The notes beneath the pieces are model-generated. The model was not told the origin of the DNA. It saw only the letters and a list, made by a program, of their open reading frames with translations, and did no database searches. A DNA stretch of 39,200 bases from Methanomicrobia archaeon LH_S13 (lineage in GTDB: Archaea; Halobacteriota; Syntropharchaeia; Alkanophagales; Methanospirareceae), in the NCBI GenBank assembly GCA_023659785.1, contig JAGXOR010000001.1, positions 1-39,200 on the forward strand. The letters are read 5' to 3'. The position numbers and the translations under genes were made by a program. This document shows, in pieces, positions 17,141-26,774 of this stretch (the stretch's first letter is position 1; each line of letters begins with the position of its first letter).

Positions 17141-19039
17141 TCAAACTTTCTTTGTGAAAGAAAGTTTGTTTGGCGAAATGTAATCCCCGTAGTTCTCTCT
17201 TGCGAGGATTAGTCTTTGCTTTTGCTCTTCCAATACTTCAAACACTATTTTCGGCGTATCCAGGACTTTTGTCTTGTAGAACTCCATTACCCGTTCGATT
17301 TTAGCTAAAGTCTCTGCAACTCTTACCGTGAATTGTTTGACATAATCCTTGTTGGGATACTCTTTATCAAGCACCTCTCTAAACAGCCTCTTAAGGTCTT
17401 CATGTTTTGGTATGTGCCCTGTGGGCGTTGTTATTGCCTCAACTTCGTGATGAGAACGCAGTTCCATCCATTTGAGCCACACTCTCTTATCCGTTTTATC
17501 ATTCGTGAGATTACCTTCAGAATCTCTTAAAAAATAATTCACGGAGAATATAGGAGGCGGATTTCTCAATTTAGCGCCAAAATTCAAATAATCCTCTATA
17601 TATTTCCCAGTAGGTATCGAAAGGAAATCCAGGTTAGACATAGGATTGATTTTTTGCACTCCTTCTTTTCCCAGCGCTGCGGCTGTAGTTTCTGACTCCA
17701 GTGCGGCACCCATGGTGATAACGCCATGCACCCAATCAAAAGATTCTTCAACCGGGACCTTCGTGTCAGAATCTCTTCCACCGTATATTATCCCTCCTAT
17801 TACCACACCTTCAGGATTGTCAAGCTCAGGGTCCAGATTCTCTATGAGTCGCATGTCAAGTGTAAACCGGGCATTTGGATGCGAGAGTGATATTTCGTTA
17901 CCCTCTGCATCTCTCTTTCCCGGTGTCCATTCACCGGAGTGATGAATACCCTTAGTGGGCTGAGCTTCATTCTTACCAATCCAGTAGACGCCTTTTTCTT
18001 CCGTAACCAGTATATTTGAGAATATAATCTCATCTGGACTGTGAAGTGTCTTCCAGATCAGGGGGTCGTCCTCAGAGTTTATGCCGTGTATTATTCCAAA
18101 TATTCCCTTCTCTGGATTGACTGCACGTATTACTCCGTCCCTTTTCCTCAGGTATGCTATATCATCCCCAATTATGGTTTCTCCCAGCAGCATAGATGTA
18201 GAAGTCTTTCCGCAGAGTGAAGGAAACGCACCCGTAAAATAAGTTACTCTCTTCGATGGACCATGCACGCCCATGATAAACATGTGTTCTGTCCGCCAAC
18301 CCTCTTTTGACCCTTTGTTTATTGCTAAGCGCATTGCTAACTTCTTAAGTCCTATGGTATTGCCGCCATACTGCGTATTCACGCTATACACGGTTTCATC
18401 CTCAAGGTCAATATACACCCGGCGTTTATCAATATTCTTGGAGGTCATTTCCTCGTCCAACGCTCCCGCGGAATGCACAAACTTGAAGAACCGTACAGAT
18501 TTGCCCAATCTTACGAACTCTTCATAGCCCTGTCTATACAACAGGTCCTCTGAATGGGCTACATAACCGGAATCGGTAAGCTGAACCGCGGGTATTGAGA
18601 ATTGCGAATTGAGTGGTCCCAAACAGAAAAAAAGCACGTACAACTGGTGCCCCTGCATGATGCCTCGCATAGTGTCATGAATTTCTTTGAGTCCCTCTTC
18701 CCTATCTACCGCATTTATATTAGCACCTAAATCAACACCCGCTGGTAGAAGGAACTTAGTGTTTTTCTTATCCCTTGCCTGGTCGTAATAGCCGTCGAAA
18801 TGAACCGTATGACCTTCCATAGCAAGTTCCTTCTCTTCTCCAGCTCTTATCGCTTCTTGCCTGATGTAGTAGACATCCTCAGGCGAGCCAGTGGAAACAA
18901 AAACTTTATCAGGATTACACAGCTCAACATACCTGGCAATGAATTGATGAAGCTCTTGGTTATCTATCCTGCTGAGCTTTCGGTAGTTTTCGTCTCCTAA
19001 TCTTGCTTTTAGCATGTCCATCGTTCTTTTATCTTCCAT
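17141..19039 (-). CDS. pckG: phosphoenolpyruvate carboxykinase (GTP)
   Basis: The track ORF is 17141..19318. Homology starts near MEDKRTMDMLK (ATG 19039). The GTP-PEPCK P-loop GAFPSLCGKTS is present. The upstream 93 codons are hydrophobic junk overlapping the divergent Lrp gene. Confidence 0.9.
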   Translation of the reverse strand: MEDKRTMDMLKARLGDENYRKLSRIDNQELHQFIARYVELCNPDKVFVSTGSPEDVYYIRQEAIRAGEEKELAMEGHTVHFDGYYDQARDKKNTKFLLPAGVDLGANINAVDREEGLKEIHDTMRGIMQGHQLYVLFFCLGPLNSQFSIPAVQLTDSGYVAHSEDLLYRQGYEEFVRLGKSVRFFKFVHSAGALDEEMTSKNIDKRRVYIDLEDETVYSVNTQYGGNTIGLKKLAMRLAINKGSKEGWRTEHMFIMGVHGPSKRVTYFTGAFPSLCGKTSTSMLLGETIIGDDIAYLRKRDGVIRAVNPEKGIFGIIHGINSEDDPLIWKTLHSPDEIIFSNILVTEEKGVYWIGKNEAQPTKGIHHSGEWTPGKRDAEGNEISLSHPNARFTLDMRLIENLDPELDNPEGVVIGGIIYGGRDSDTKVPVEESFDWVHGVITMGAALESETTAAALGKEGVQKINPMSNLDFLSIPTGKYIEDYLNFGAKLRNPPPIFSVNYFLRDSEGNLTNDKTDKRVWLKWMELRSHHEVEAITTPTGHIPKHEDLKRLFREVLDKEYPNKDYVKQFTVRVAETLAKIERVMEFYKTKVLDTPKIVFEVLEEQKQRLILARENYGDYISPNKLSFTKKV

Positions 19040-19161
19040 CTTCCATCTTTTTCCCCTCCTACTTCGCGTTCCCTCTTCTGCTTTCATGACTATAATTAAT
19101 AAACCAAAAAGAATAAAAAGCATAATCAGTTTATAAATATTTCGATATTTAATTTTTACAA

Positions 19162-19647
19162 ATGATGGAAACAAAGTTGAAGAAAAAGGACAAATGTATT
19201 TTGAATGCGTTGCTTGAGAACGGAAGGCTTTCTTATTCTGAGTTGAGTAGAAGGTGTGGGATAAGTAGGCAAGTTGCTTTTGAACGTGTAAAGAAGCTAT
19301 CAGAGGAGGGTATAGCAAAGGGATTTGCAGTATGTTTGGATAGGGATAAGCTTGGATTCTCCTTTCAGGCTTATGTTCTACTCATTGCAAAGCCGGAAGA
19401 GAAATTGAGAAGTGAACTCGCAGATTTCTTGCGGAACAGTAAAAACGTGAGTAAAATTCAACTCCTCTTCGGCAGGTTTGACTTCTTCTTAGAGCTTCTT
19501 TTCCGCGATAAGGAAGAGATGACGGTTTTCTTAAGGGCGATACAATCTTTTAACGCTGTTGAGAGAACCGAGACATTTATCGTGTATCAAACGATAAAGG
19601 ATAAACCAGAAGACCCGCTTTTGGAGTGTTTTAGAGAGGAGGAATGA
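19162..19647 (+). CDS. Lrp/AsnC family transcriptional regulator (divergent from pckG)
   Basis: 161 aa. HTH (ILNALLENGRLSYSELSRRCGISRQVAFERVKKLSEEGI) plus a RAM domain. Confidence 0.85.
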   Translation: MMETKLKKKDKCILNALLENGRLSYSELSRRCGISRQVAFERVKKLSEEGIAKGFAVCLDRDKLGFSFQAYVLLIAKPEEKLRSELADFLRNSKNVSKIQLLFGRFDFFLELLFRDKEEMTVFLRAIQSFNAVERTETFIVYQTIKDKPEDPLLECFREEE

Positions 19648-19702
19648 AACGTAAGTGGTAAATAAACATAAGGAAATAAGGTGGTGAAACAGAACAATTT
19701 AA

Positions 19703-20123
19703 GTGAACTACCCCTCGCTATTGCAAGGGGCTTCCTACTTCAACGATAGAACTTGCGGAAATTGGTATCAACTTCCCTAGCGGTTCCACCTCAGAAGGCA
19801 CAAAGGGCAATCCCTGCCCCCCGCCATACCTCGCTCCAATATATTCAGCGAGGCGTTATAATCCCTATCCAGTTCTGTACCATATCTGTATTCCTTGCTT
19901 GTACCTCGTGGATTTACGTCTCCCACTATCTTATCAGCGCTCTCAGCCTTGTTATATAGCATAAACAGAACCATTTGCAGTATTTTTGTGTTCACTTTCT
20001 TCAACCCTTCCTTCTCTTCTTTCATCTTCGGTAGCATCGCCTGCGACTTATACCGTGAAGGAATCTTATCGCTGTCATTCCAAATAGCTAAGAAGGAGTT
20101 GTAGAGTAACCTGCATATCTCTA
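19703..20123 (-). mobile_element. tnpB: second, inverted relic of the same tnpB element family (independent internal deletions) with conserved 3' RNA region
   Basis: ORF 19777..20190 keeps EICRLLYNSFLAIWNDS..PSRYK.QAMLP.MKEE.EGLKKVN.K.LQMVLFMLYN and DRDYNASLNILERG. Segment 19703-19860 matches 6640-6796. Homology to copy 1 stops at about 20123. Confidence 0.7.
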
Positions 20124-20594
20124 TATGAATACTTTTATTGGTGGTGGTGTGGTAGAAAAGATTTATCTGCTCTCTATACACCCCTACCATAATAGAAGAA
20201 ATATCCGGACTTTAGGTAGGAGATAAGGGTTCTAGTTTAAGCGGTCTTTCATAGTCATAAGACCACCTCTACCTGAGGCTTCATCGTATCATACGGTTTC
20301 CCTCTCGAGTTCATCGGGAATCCTTCCATTCCGCCCCCGTCTGGTCGAACCCGCCCACAGCATCCCATTCACACCGTTTCCAGTATGACATCATCTACCG
20401 TAGGGAAGTCCCTCCATCTTTAGTCTTTTTTCTTTTCCTAAACCACTAATTGAACGCTGGGCTTATTGATATTGCCGACGCCTTATAGAGTGGTTATTTC
20501 GATCACTTATCATATTGATTTTTGTTATATAAAAAGCTTTTCTATACTCTACTTAAAAACGAACTGTTACAAAGGCAATATTGATGTGGCATTT

Positions 20595-22142
20595 ATGAGA
20601 ATACTATTAGCAACCGGAAGAAAAGCAGAGGCGATGGTAAAGGATGCAGTAAGAATTTTGGCGATCTCGCCGTCGAACTGCGATGTTCTTACACAGGGAC
20701 TGGGTATTGCCGCTTTTTCCACGCCTGAATCGTTAAGAAAAGCGCTTAAAAAGCATTTTAATGCTGAAAAAGAGTACGACCTCATTTTAGTTTCTGGGCT
20801 TTGCAAAGCGGATTTCAGCTATCTGGAGAAGGAGATAGGCACACCAATCAGGTTGGGACCCCGGCATGCGTACGACATCGGCGAGGCTTTAAAATTCGCA
20901 GAAGAAATAGAATTCTCTTCACTTACACCTGCTGATGTGTTTTTGGCAGAGAAGAGAAAAGAGAGCGCAAAGAATCAATTGTATGAATTGGAAAGCAGCG
21001 TAAAAGAGAAGTTCAGTGTAAAAGGAGTTAAGATAGGCGGAGGTGCAAGAATGAAAGTGTGCGCGGAAATCGTGGATGCGACGCAGATGACCGAGGAAGA
21101 AATACATCGAAGAATGGACCATTTCTTGAAAAGTGGCGCAGATATAATAGACTTCGGTGTTCACGTGGATGCGAAGTCAAAGGAGGTGAAAAAAGCAGTA
21201 AAAGATGCTTTGTCCTTCGCATCAGATGTTCCTCTTTCTGTTGATACCTTAGACGCAGAGCTAATACTTGCAGGCATTGAAGCCGGTGCAGACATAGTGC
21301 TCAGCCTGAATAAAGAAAATATCCCGGAAGTGGGTGACGAGGTGGGGGGAAATGATATAGCGGCAGTTGTAATCCCCGATTTTGACGCAGGTGGCAAAAG
21401 TGAGGGTAAAAATAGCGAAAGCTTGTTTACAAACATGAAAATGGCTGAGGAACACGGCATAAAGAACATAATCGCAGACCCTGTGTTGAATGCTGTTGGA
21501 TATGGAATTGCTGAATCATTGTACAACTATTATCATTTCAGATTGCAAGATAAGAGCACACCTCTTTTCTTTGGCGTTGGAAACGTCACTGAACTTATAG
21601 ATGCGGATTCAGGTGGTGTAAACGCAACTTTAGCAGGTATAGCCTCTGAATTGAATGCGAATGTCCTTTTTACTCCTGAATACAGTGATAAAGCAAGAGG
21701 AAGTGTAAGAGAGTTGAGAATAGCGTCAGAGATGATGGCACTCGCAAAAGCACGCAAAAGCGCACCTAAGGATATCGGGCTTGACCTATTGATGTTGAAG
21801 GAAAAGAGAAGGAAGCCAATTATGAGGATTCATGATAAGGAAAGCATCGTCGCAAAAGAGAATGCGAAGTGGCGACTTGACCCTAAGGGATGCTTTAGTA
21901 TAGGTATTTGTGAAATTGAAGGCGATAACATGATATATGCCAAACATTCGCCTACCGGGAAACGAATAGTAGGAAGAAGTGCAAAAGGGATAATGGATAC
22001 AATCTTGCGATTAGACATGGTTTCACTACATGAACATGCTTCTTATCTTAGTAAGGAGTTAACAAAGGCAGAACTTGCTTTGAGATTGGACCGCAGTTAT
22101 GAGCAGGATGAAGAAGTGTTCAGTTTAAAATCAAAATTCTAA
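20595..22142 (+). CDS. dihydropteroate synthase-like pterin-binding protein with C-terminal DUF4346-like domain (methanopterin-pathway type, MJ0107-like)
   Basis: Start set at ATG 20595 (MRILLATGRKAEAMV). The pterin-binding barrel segment is GADIIDFGVHVDA...PLSVDT...AGADIVLSLN. The C-terminal segment is DPKGCFSIGI...GRSAKGIMDTIL. Confidence 0.7.
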   Translation: MRILLATGRKAEAMVKDAVRILAISPSNCDVLTQGLGIAAFSTPESLRKALKKHFNAEKEYDLILVSGLCKADFSYLEKEIGTPIRLGPRHAYDIGEALKFAEEIEFSSLTPADVFLAEKRKESAKNQLYELESSVKEKFSVKGVKIGGGARMKVCAEIVDATQMTEEEIHRRMDHFLKSGADIIDFGVHVDAKSKEVKKAVKDALSFASDVPLSVDTLDAELILAGIEAGADIVLSLNKENIPEVGDEVGGNDIAAVVIPDFDAGGKSEGKNSESLFTNMKMAEEHGIKNIIADPVLNAVGYGIAESLYNYYHFRLQDKSTPLFFGVGNVTELIDADSGGVNATLAGIASELNANVLFTPEYSDKARGSVRELRIASEMMALAKARKSAPKDIGLDLLMLKEKRRKPIMRIHDKESIVAKENAKWRLDPKGCFSIGICEIEGDNMIYAKHSPTGKRIVGRSAKGIMDTILRLDMVSLHEHASYLSKELTKAELALRLDRSYEQDEEVFSLKSKF

Positions 22143-24550
22143 CCCATCCTCACCCAACTCACACCCTCTTCATCCTCCGTCACCCGCAACACATACTCCA
22201 TATAATCCTTCACATCCTCTATGTGCGTAATCAGGAATATCTGCCTGAACTTCTTTGAAAGCTCGTTCAACGCCATGATAATATTCCTCTTCCGAAGTGC
22301 GTCCTGCGAGCCAAAAATTTCGTCCAGAATAATAAAATTCGTTTGAATCGCACTTCTTTCTGCAACCACTGCGGAAATCGCAAGCCGAAGACACAGATTC
22401 GCTAAGTCCTCCTCACCACCTGAAAACCTGTTTATCCCGTAAGACGTCCCTTCATCGTAAACAAAAACATCGTAGTTCTCATCTACCTCCAACTTGCTGT
22501 ATTTACCATCCGTTAACCTTCTCAGCATATCAGATGCGTAATCAGAAAGCATCGGGCGAATCATGCCCACCATATACACCTTGAAGTCTTTCATTATTTT
22601 CTCAAGCAGGCCGAGATACATTATCTTCGTCTCTTCTTCCTCTTTCTCCCTCAGTAACCTCTTTTGCTCCTCTATCTCCTCCAGCACACGCTCTATGTCC
22701 CTGCACACGTTCTCGAACTCGTTTTTCTTCTCCAAAAGCTTTAGTTTTAATTCATTCAATTCCTCTCTCTTCCGGTCGTATCTCGCCTTTATCTCTACAT
22801 ACGCCATTTTATCAAATGCTAATTCTCCTATTTGCCTCTGTAACATCGTTATATCCTCCACAAACTTACTTTCCGATTCACTTAACTCCTGCACGTTATT
22901 TTTTACTTCTTCAGCCCTTCCTATCTCTGCTCTTAACCCGATTATCTCCCTGTACACCAGTTCAAGACCCTTTAGAGTGGAAATAATGCCCTTGTAGGCG
23001 TTATCGTCAAACTCCACTTCCTTAATGGGCGTCAAATCAGTTTTTATCAACTCCAATTCCTTTCTCCACCGCTCTAACTCACGTTCTTCACCCACAATTC
23101 TTACATCCAGTGCTTGTTTCTCCGTTACACGTTTCTCTTGCTCCTTATCTTTTTTTACAAGCAATTCCTCCTCTCTTTCCTTAGAACCGAGTTCCTCTTT
23201 CTTCTTTTTGTATTCACCGGAAATCGAATAAAATGTTTCCTTGTTAGTTTTTATCTCATCACTTAGCTTCTTTATCAACACTTCGTAATGCGACTCCAAT
23301 TTCCTCTCGCACATTGGACATTCACCGGCGGGACCCAAATCCTCTATTTTCTTCTTTTTCTCTTTACTCTCTCCTATATCACTCTTAATCTGTATTGCTC
23401 TCGATTTAAAAGCACCGATAGAAGAATGCAAACTTTCCTTTTGTTTCCTTATCTCTTCTATTCCCTTCTTTACCTCTTCCACCCTCTTTTCTATGCCTTC
23501 AAATTCTTTCCTCTTCGCATTCAACTCTCTTATTTTCCCTTCTCGCTTAACTATCTCCACCTGTTTTTTCTCTTCCCTTCTCAATAGCTCCTGCTTTCGT
23601 TGATATTTCTCTCGTGTCGCATCGAGCTCCTCCTTCTTCTCTCTAAACAGGAAATATTGCTTTTCTTTGTCTGCAATTCCTTCAAGCTGCTTTTTCTTTA
23701 CAAGCAAATCCTCAAGCTCTTTTTCTTTCTCTTCTCTCCTCTTCCTCGTATTCTCCAGGTCGCTTCTTCTCTCGCCCAGGTTATTGCTCAATTCCATGTA
23801 TTTCTCATATTTCCTCGTGGTGGTTTCCAGTTCTTCTTTCGCTTCACCCGCTTCTTTCTCTTTCACCACTTTAGCGGCTTCTATTTCTTTTATAATTGGT
23901 AAAAGCTCTTCTTTAGACTTCTCCAATTCATTCTTCCCGCCTTCGAGTACTTCTATCTTCTTTCTGCCTTTTTTATCCACAGTTGCTGCTTTTATACCCT
24001 CTATAAGCTTCCCTTTACCTCTTTTATCCTCTCTTATTGCCTGTATACTCTTTTCTATCCTTTCTATGCCGAGCATACGAAGCACGAGCTTTTTACGCTC
24101 CGCAGCTTTCATTGTTGACAGTGCGTTCAACTCCTTCTGCCTTGCGAAGACCGAAGTAAAAAAAGACTGGTGATCCATACCTATTCGTTCCTCTATGACT
24201 CTCGTGACCTCTTCAGCGTTGTTAGTTATGAGGTTTCCGTTGATAACGAGACTTGCTTTTGGCACTAAATTCCTACCTGACATCTCCCTTACCACCTTAT
24301 ACTCGTCACCTTCCAGCTCGAATTCCAGGGCAACGCTGCATGCCTCATTAGCCGATGCGCCTTCCCTTTTTATCAGTTCTTTTGTTGTCCTTGCGGCGTG
24401 ATGGCCGAGCAAAACCCAGCCTATCGCTTCTATCAAAGTCGTTTTCCCGACACCATTTAACCCGATAATCCCTATAACGCCATCCGGGAATTCAACATCC
24501 GCATTCTTATATTTTCGGTAATTCCTCAGTATTAGCGTTTTTAATAGCAT
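22139..24550 (-). CDS. Rad50/SbcC-family SMC-like ATPase with CxxC zinc hook
   Basis: 803 aa. Walker A GLNGVGKTT. Q-loop FARQ. Long K/E-rich coiled coil with the CPMCERKL hook (about 23305-23330). Signature FSGGEEDLANLCLRLA. Walker B FIILDEIFGSQD. H-loop LITHIED. Confidence 0.8.
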   Translation of the reverse strand: MLLKTLILRNYRKYKNADVEFPDGVIGIIGLNGVGKTTLIEAIGWVLLGHHAARTTKELIKREGASANEACSVALEFELEGDEYKVVREMSGRNLVPKASLVINGNLITNNAEEVTRVIEERIGMDHQSFFTSVFARQKELNALSTMKAAERKKLVLRMLGIERIEKSIQAIREDKRGKGKLIEGIKAATVDKKGRKKIEVLEGGKNELEKSKEELLPIIKEIEAAKVVKEKEAGEAKEELETTTRKYEKYMELSNNLGERRSDLENTRKRREEKEKELEDLLVKKKQLEGIADKEKQYFLFREKKEELDATREKYQRKQELLRREEKKQVEIVKREGKIRELNAKRKEFEGIEKRVEEVKKGIEEIRKQKESLHSSIGAFKSRAIQIKSDIGESKEKKKKIEDLGPAGECPMCERKLESHYEVLIKKLSDEIKTNKETFYSISGEYKKKKEELGSKEREEELLVKKDKEQEKRVTEKQALDVRIVGEERELERWRKELELIKTDLTPIKEVEFDDNAYKGIISTLKGLELVYREIIGLRAEIGRAEEVKNNVQELSESESKFVEDITMLQRQIGELAFDKMAYVEIKARYDRKREELNELKLKLLEKKNEFENVCRDIERVLEEIEEQKRLLREKEEEETKIMYLGLLEKIMKDFKVYMVGMIRPMLSDYASDMLRRLTDGKYSKLEVDENYDVFVYDEGTSYGINRFSGGEEDLANLCLRLAISAVVAERSAIQTNFIILDEIFGSQDALRKRNIIMALNELSKKFRQIFLITHIEDVKDYMEYVLRVTEDEEGVSWVRMG

Positions 24551-24602
24551 CTCATTATGTATTCAACTACTTTCTAATTTTTTTTATAAAGATTATTTGT
24601 CC

Positions 24603-25055
24603 CTATTCTCTTCTGTATTCCTTCACCTTATCAAGTCCTGATGCGCAAAAATAATTGTAAACGTGTTCTTTTAGCCGGGTTAAGCTCGTAGAAAAGAACA
24701 AATGACTTTTACATGAGCAATCGGTGCATCCGAAGTTTTCTATGCAATCCAACTCTCTGTCTATGTTCATTTTCACAGCTATCTCACATTCTTTCCTCTC
24801 CTCCGTTTCTGCGAATATCACTTCCTTTACTTCTACCGTGGGACACGCCAGGAAATAGTCAATATGCCAATGCAATTTCTTGTTGTCGCCCGGGGCACGC
24901 AAGTGTCTTCCTATTCTTTGCTCCAATCCGGAAAGAGCCGAACCTACGTAAGCGTAAAATCCTCTTTTGAACTTTATACGCCCTATTTTGCCTATTTCTA
25001 TTTCTATTTCTGTATCTGCATGGTTCTCTACGATTAGCACGTAAGTTCCTTTCAT
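24603..25055 (-). CDS. DUF123 / GIY-YIG (Uri) superfamily endonuclease-like protein
   Basis: 150 aa. GTYVL...GFYAYVGSA...L..RI.RHL....K.HWHIDYF pattern, plus a C-terminal Cys cluster (CTDCSCKSH). Confidence 0.7.
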   Translation of the reverse strand: MKGTYVLIVENHADTEIEIEIGKIGRIKFKRGFYAYVGSALSGLEQRIGRHLRAPGDNKKLHWHIDYFLACPTVEVKEVIFAETEERKECEIAVKMNIDRELDCIENFGCTDCSCKSHLFFSTSLTRLKEHVYNYFCASGLDKVKEYRRE

Positions 25056-25118
25056 TACACTTACACTTTTCCTTTTTTATATCCGCTAAACAAATATTAT
25101 TATTATTATTATATTGCG

Positions 25119-26036
25119 ATGGAGAAAGAGCGCATGGAGAGGATAAAGGAGATAGAAAGGTTAAAAAGAGAGAAAAATGCGATTATTTTGGCTCATAACT
25201 ACCAGCGCGCAGAGATTCAGGACATAGCAGAGTTCGTTGGCGACTCATTGGAGCTCGCAAGGAAAGCGATGGATACTGCTTCCGACATCATAATCTTTTG
25301 CGGCGTTGATTTCATGGCAGAAACCGCTGCAATAATGAATCCAGATAAAAAAGTCATCATTCCTGATAAAGGGGCGATATGCCCGATGGCGCAGCAACTA
25401 CCCGCAGAGGATTTGCTTGCAGCAAAGCGAGAGCATCCTGAAGCCGAAGTTGTCCTTTATGTAAACACGCTTGCAGAAAGCAAGGCACTTGCAGACTGCA
25501 TCTGCACTTCTGCGAATGCTCAGGAAATAGTTAAGGCAATGGACGCGTCCACCATCTTATTTGGCCCTGACCGCAATTTAGCGTATCACGCACAGAAAGC
25601 AACGTCAAAAAAGATTATCCCCGTTCCTGAATATGGACTTTGCCCTTCGCATCACCAGATAGTAATGACGGATTTGATAAAAGCGAAGGCGGCACATCCG
25701 AGAGCAAAAATCGTTGTTCATCCAGAGTGCATCCCCGAAGTTCAAGACGCCGCGGATTACATCGTGTCAACGAGTGGCATGGTAAAGATTTGCAAGGAAG
25801 GGGAAGATGGAGAATTTTTGATTGGTACAGAAATCGGACTTCTTTACAGACTCAAAAAGGAAGCAGCGGGGAAAAAGTTCTATCCCATCTCTACTACCGC
25901 CGTCTGTCCACAGATGAAAATGCACACGTTAGAAAACATAGAAGCGGCATTAGAGCTCGAGAAGCCCGAAGTATTTATTAAGAAAGAACTCATAAATAAA
26001 GCAAGGAAATCAATCGAGAGAATGCTTGAAATATGA
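25119..26036 (+). CDS. nadA: quinolinate synthase NadA
   Basis: 305 aa. ILAHNYQ, FCGVDFMAE, VHPEC and conserved Cys residues. Confidence 0.9.
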   Translation: MEKERMERIKEIERLKREKNAIILAHNYQRAEIQDIAEFVGDSLELARKAMDTASDIIIFCGVDFMAETAAIMNPDKKVIIPDKGAICPMAQQLPAEDLLAAKREHPEAEVVLYVNTLAESKALADCICTSANAQEIVKAMDASTILFGPDRNLAYHAQKATSKKIIPVPEYGLCPSHHQIVMTDLIKAKAAHPRAKIVVHPECIPEVQDAADYIVSTSGMVKICKEGEDGEFLIGTEIGLLYRLKKEAAGKKFYPISTTAVCPQMKMHTLENIEAALELEKPEVFIKKELINKARKSIERMLEI

Positions 26037-26731
26037 GAAAAATAGTGAACCCGCCCGATTTGAAGCTGTTTGTGTTCTACGGACTGGTACTCGTTCCAAC
26101 TTTCTTCTTGTGCTACGAGAGAAACCTATCGTTCTTCATTGTCATCGTATCGATGCTTCTGACAAGCGTAATAGAGATACCAATCTACAAGTTTAGAACA
26201 CGGAAGCCGGGATACAGCGAGCTTGAGGCAATGCGTATCGGCGAATTTTACGACGTGCCAGTGGCAGAGGAAATGCATAAAGACAACGAAAGGAGATATA
26301 AAACAACGGTAACGCTGAACATGGGTGGTTTTATTATACCCCTTTTTTGCTCCTTTTACCTGCTGATAAGCTATCGCGCATTCTTGTTAGAAGAAGTGGT
26401 AATGTCTATCATGCTAATGACCATCTTTTCATATATGCTTTCAGAAGTTAAGGGAGGTGTGGGAATAGTAATTCCAAGCTATGTAGGCATTTTTGCTATT
26501 CCTCTTGGGCTTATACTTGCTGCGCCGTTGGAACTACCGCTTGAGAACATAGCAGGGGTGTTGATATTTGTACCTGCGATTTTTGGTATTCTATTGGGGA
26601 TATTTATAAAGTTGGCAACACTGCCCGAGGAAAAAGTAGGAAGTGCTTTCTTTAATATCGGTGGTATCGGCAGTTTCCATTCTATATTCCTTCTCTCCCT
26701 TTTGGCTTTGTTAATCGGAACCGTAACGTAG
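26033..26731 (+). CDS. polytopic membrane protein, DUF1614-like
   Basis: 232 aa with several hydrophobic spans. LNMGGFIIPLF and IGGIGSFHSIFL resemble DUF1614. There is an ATGA overlap with nadA. Confidence 0.5.
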   Translation: MRKIVNPPDLKLFVFYGLVLVPTFFLCYERNLSFFIVIVSMLLTSVIEIPIYKFRTRKPGYSELEAMRIGEFYDVPVAEEMHKDNERRYKTTVTLNMGGFIIPLFCSFYLLISYRAFLLEEVVMSIMLMTIFSYMLSEVKGGVGIVIPSYVGIFAIPLGLILAAPLELPLENIAGVLIFVPAIFGILLGIFIKLATLPEEKVGSAFFNIGGIGSFHSIFLLSLLALLIGTVT

Positions 26732-26774
26732 TATCTGCTCAAAATTAGGGGGAATTTTGAACAGACAATGAAAA

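Noticed and set aside
19040-19318. N-terminal 93-codon extension of the PEPCK ORF in the track
   Set aside because: It is hydrophobic low-complexity sequence with no PEPCK similarity and overlaps the divergent Lrp gene and its promoter. Homology begins at ATG 19039.
20201-20340. Resemblance of AAAGTCCGG (minus strand near 20205-20215) to the RNase P CR-I motif, and of CCGTATGATACGATGAA (minus strand, about 20285-20305) to group II intron domain V
   Set aside because: The motif lies at the wrong end for RNase P and no other conserved RNase P regions are present. The domain-V-like string lacks the complementary 3' strand and GNRA loop.
20466-20594. Upstream extension of the DHPS-like ORF (alternative start at 20466)
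   Set aside because: The first 43 codons read like translated AT-rich promoter DNA. The family-typical N-terminus MRILLATGR starts at ATG 20595.
22563-24401. Several long plus-strand ORFs (22563..22997, 23288..23587, 23600..23902, 23667..24173, 24195..24401) and the repetitive look of this region
   Set aside because: They are antisense shadows of the K/E-rich coiled coil of the Rad50-like gene, translating to S/F/L-rich low complexity. There are no spacer-repeat units, so this is not a CRISPR array.
25095-25113. (ATT)n simple repeat
   Set aside because: It is a short AT-rich run inside the divergent promoter region between the DUF123 gene and nadA, which is ordinary archaeal promoter composition.
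25640-25981. 113-aa alternative-frame ORF inside nadA
   Set aside because: It overlaps the strongly supported NadA frame and shows no family similarity.
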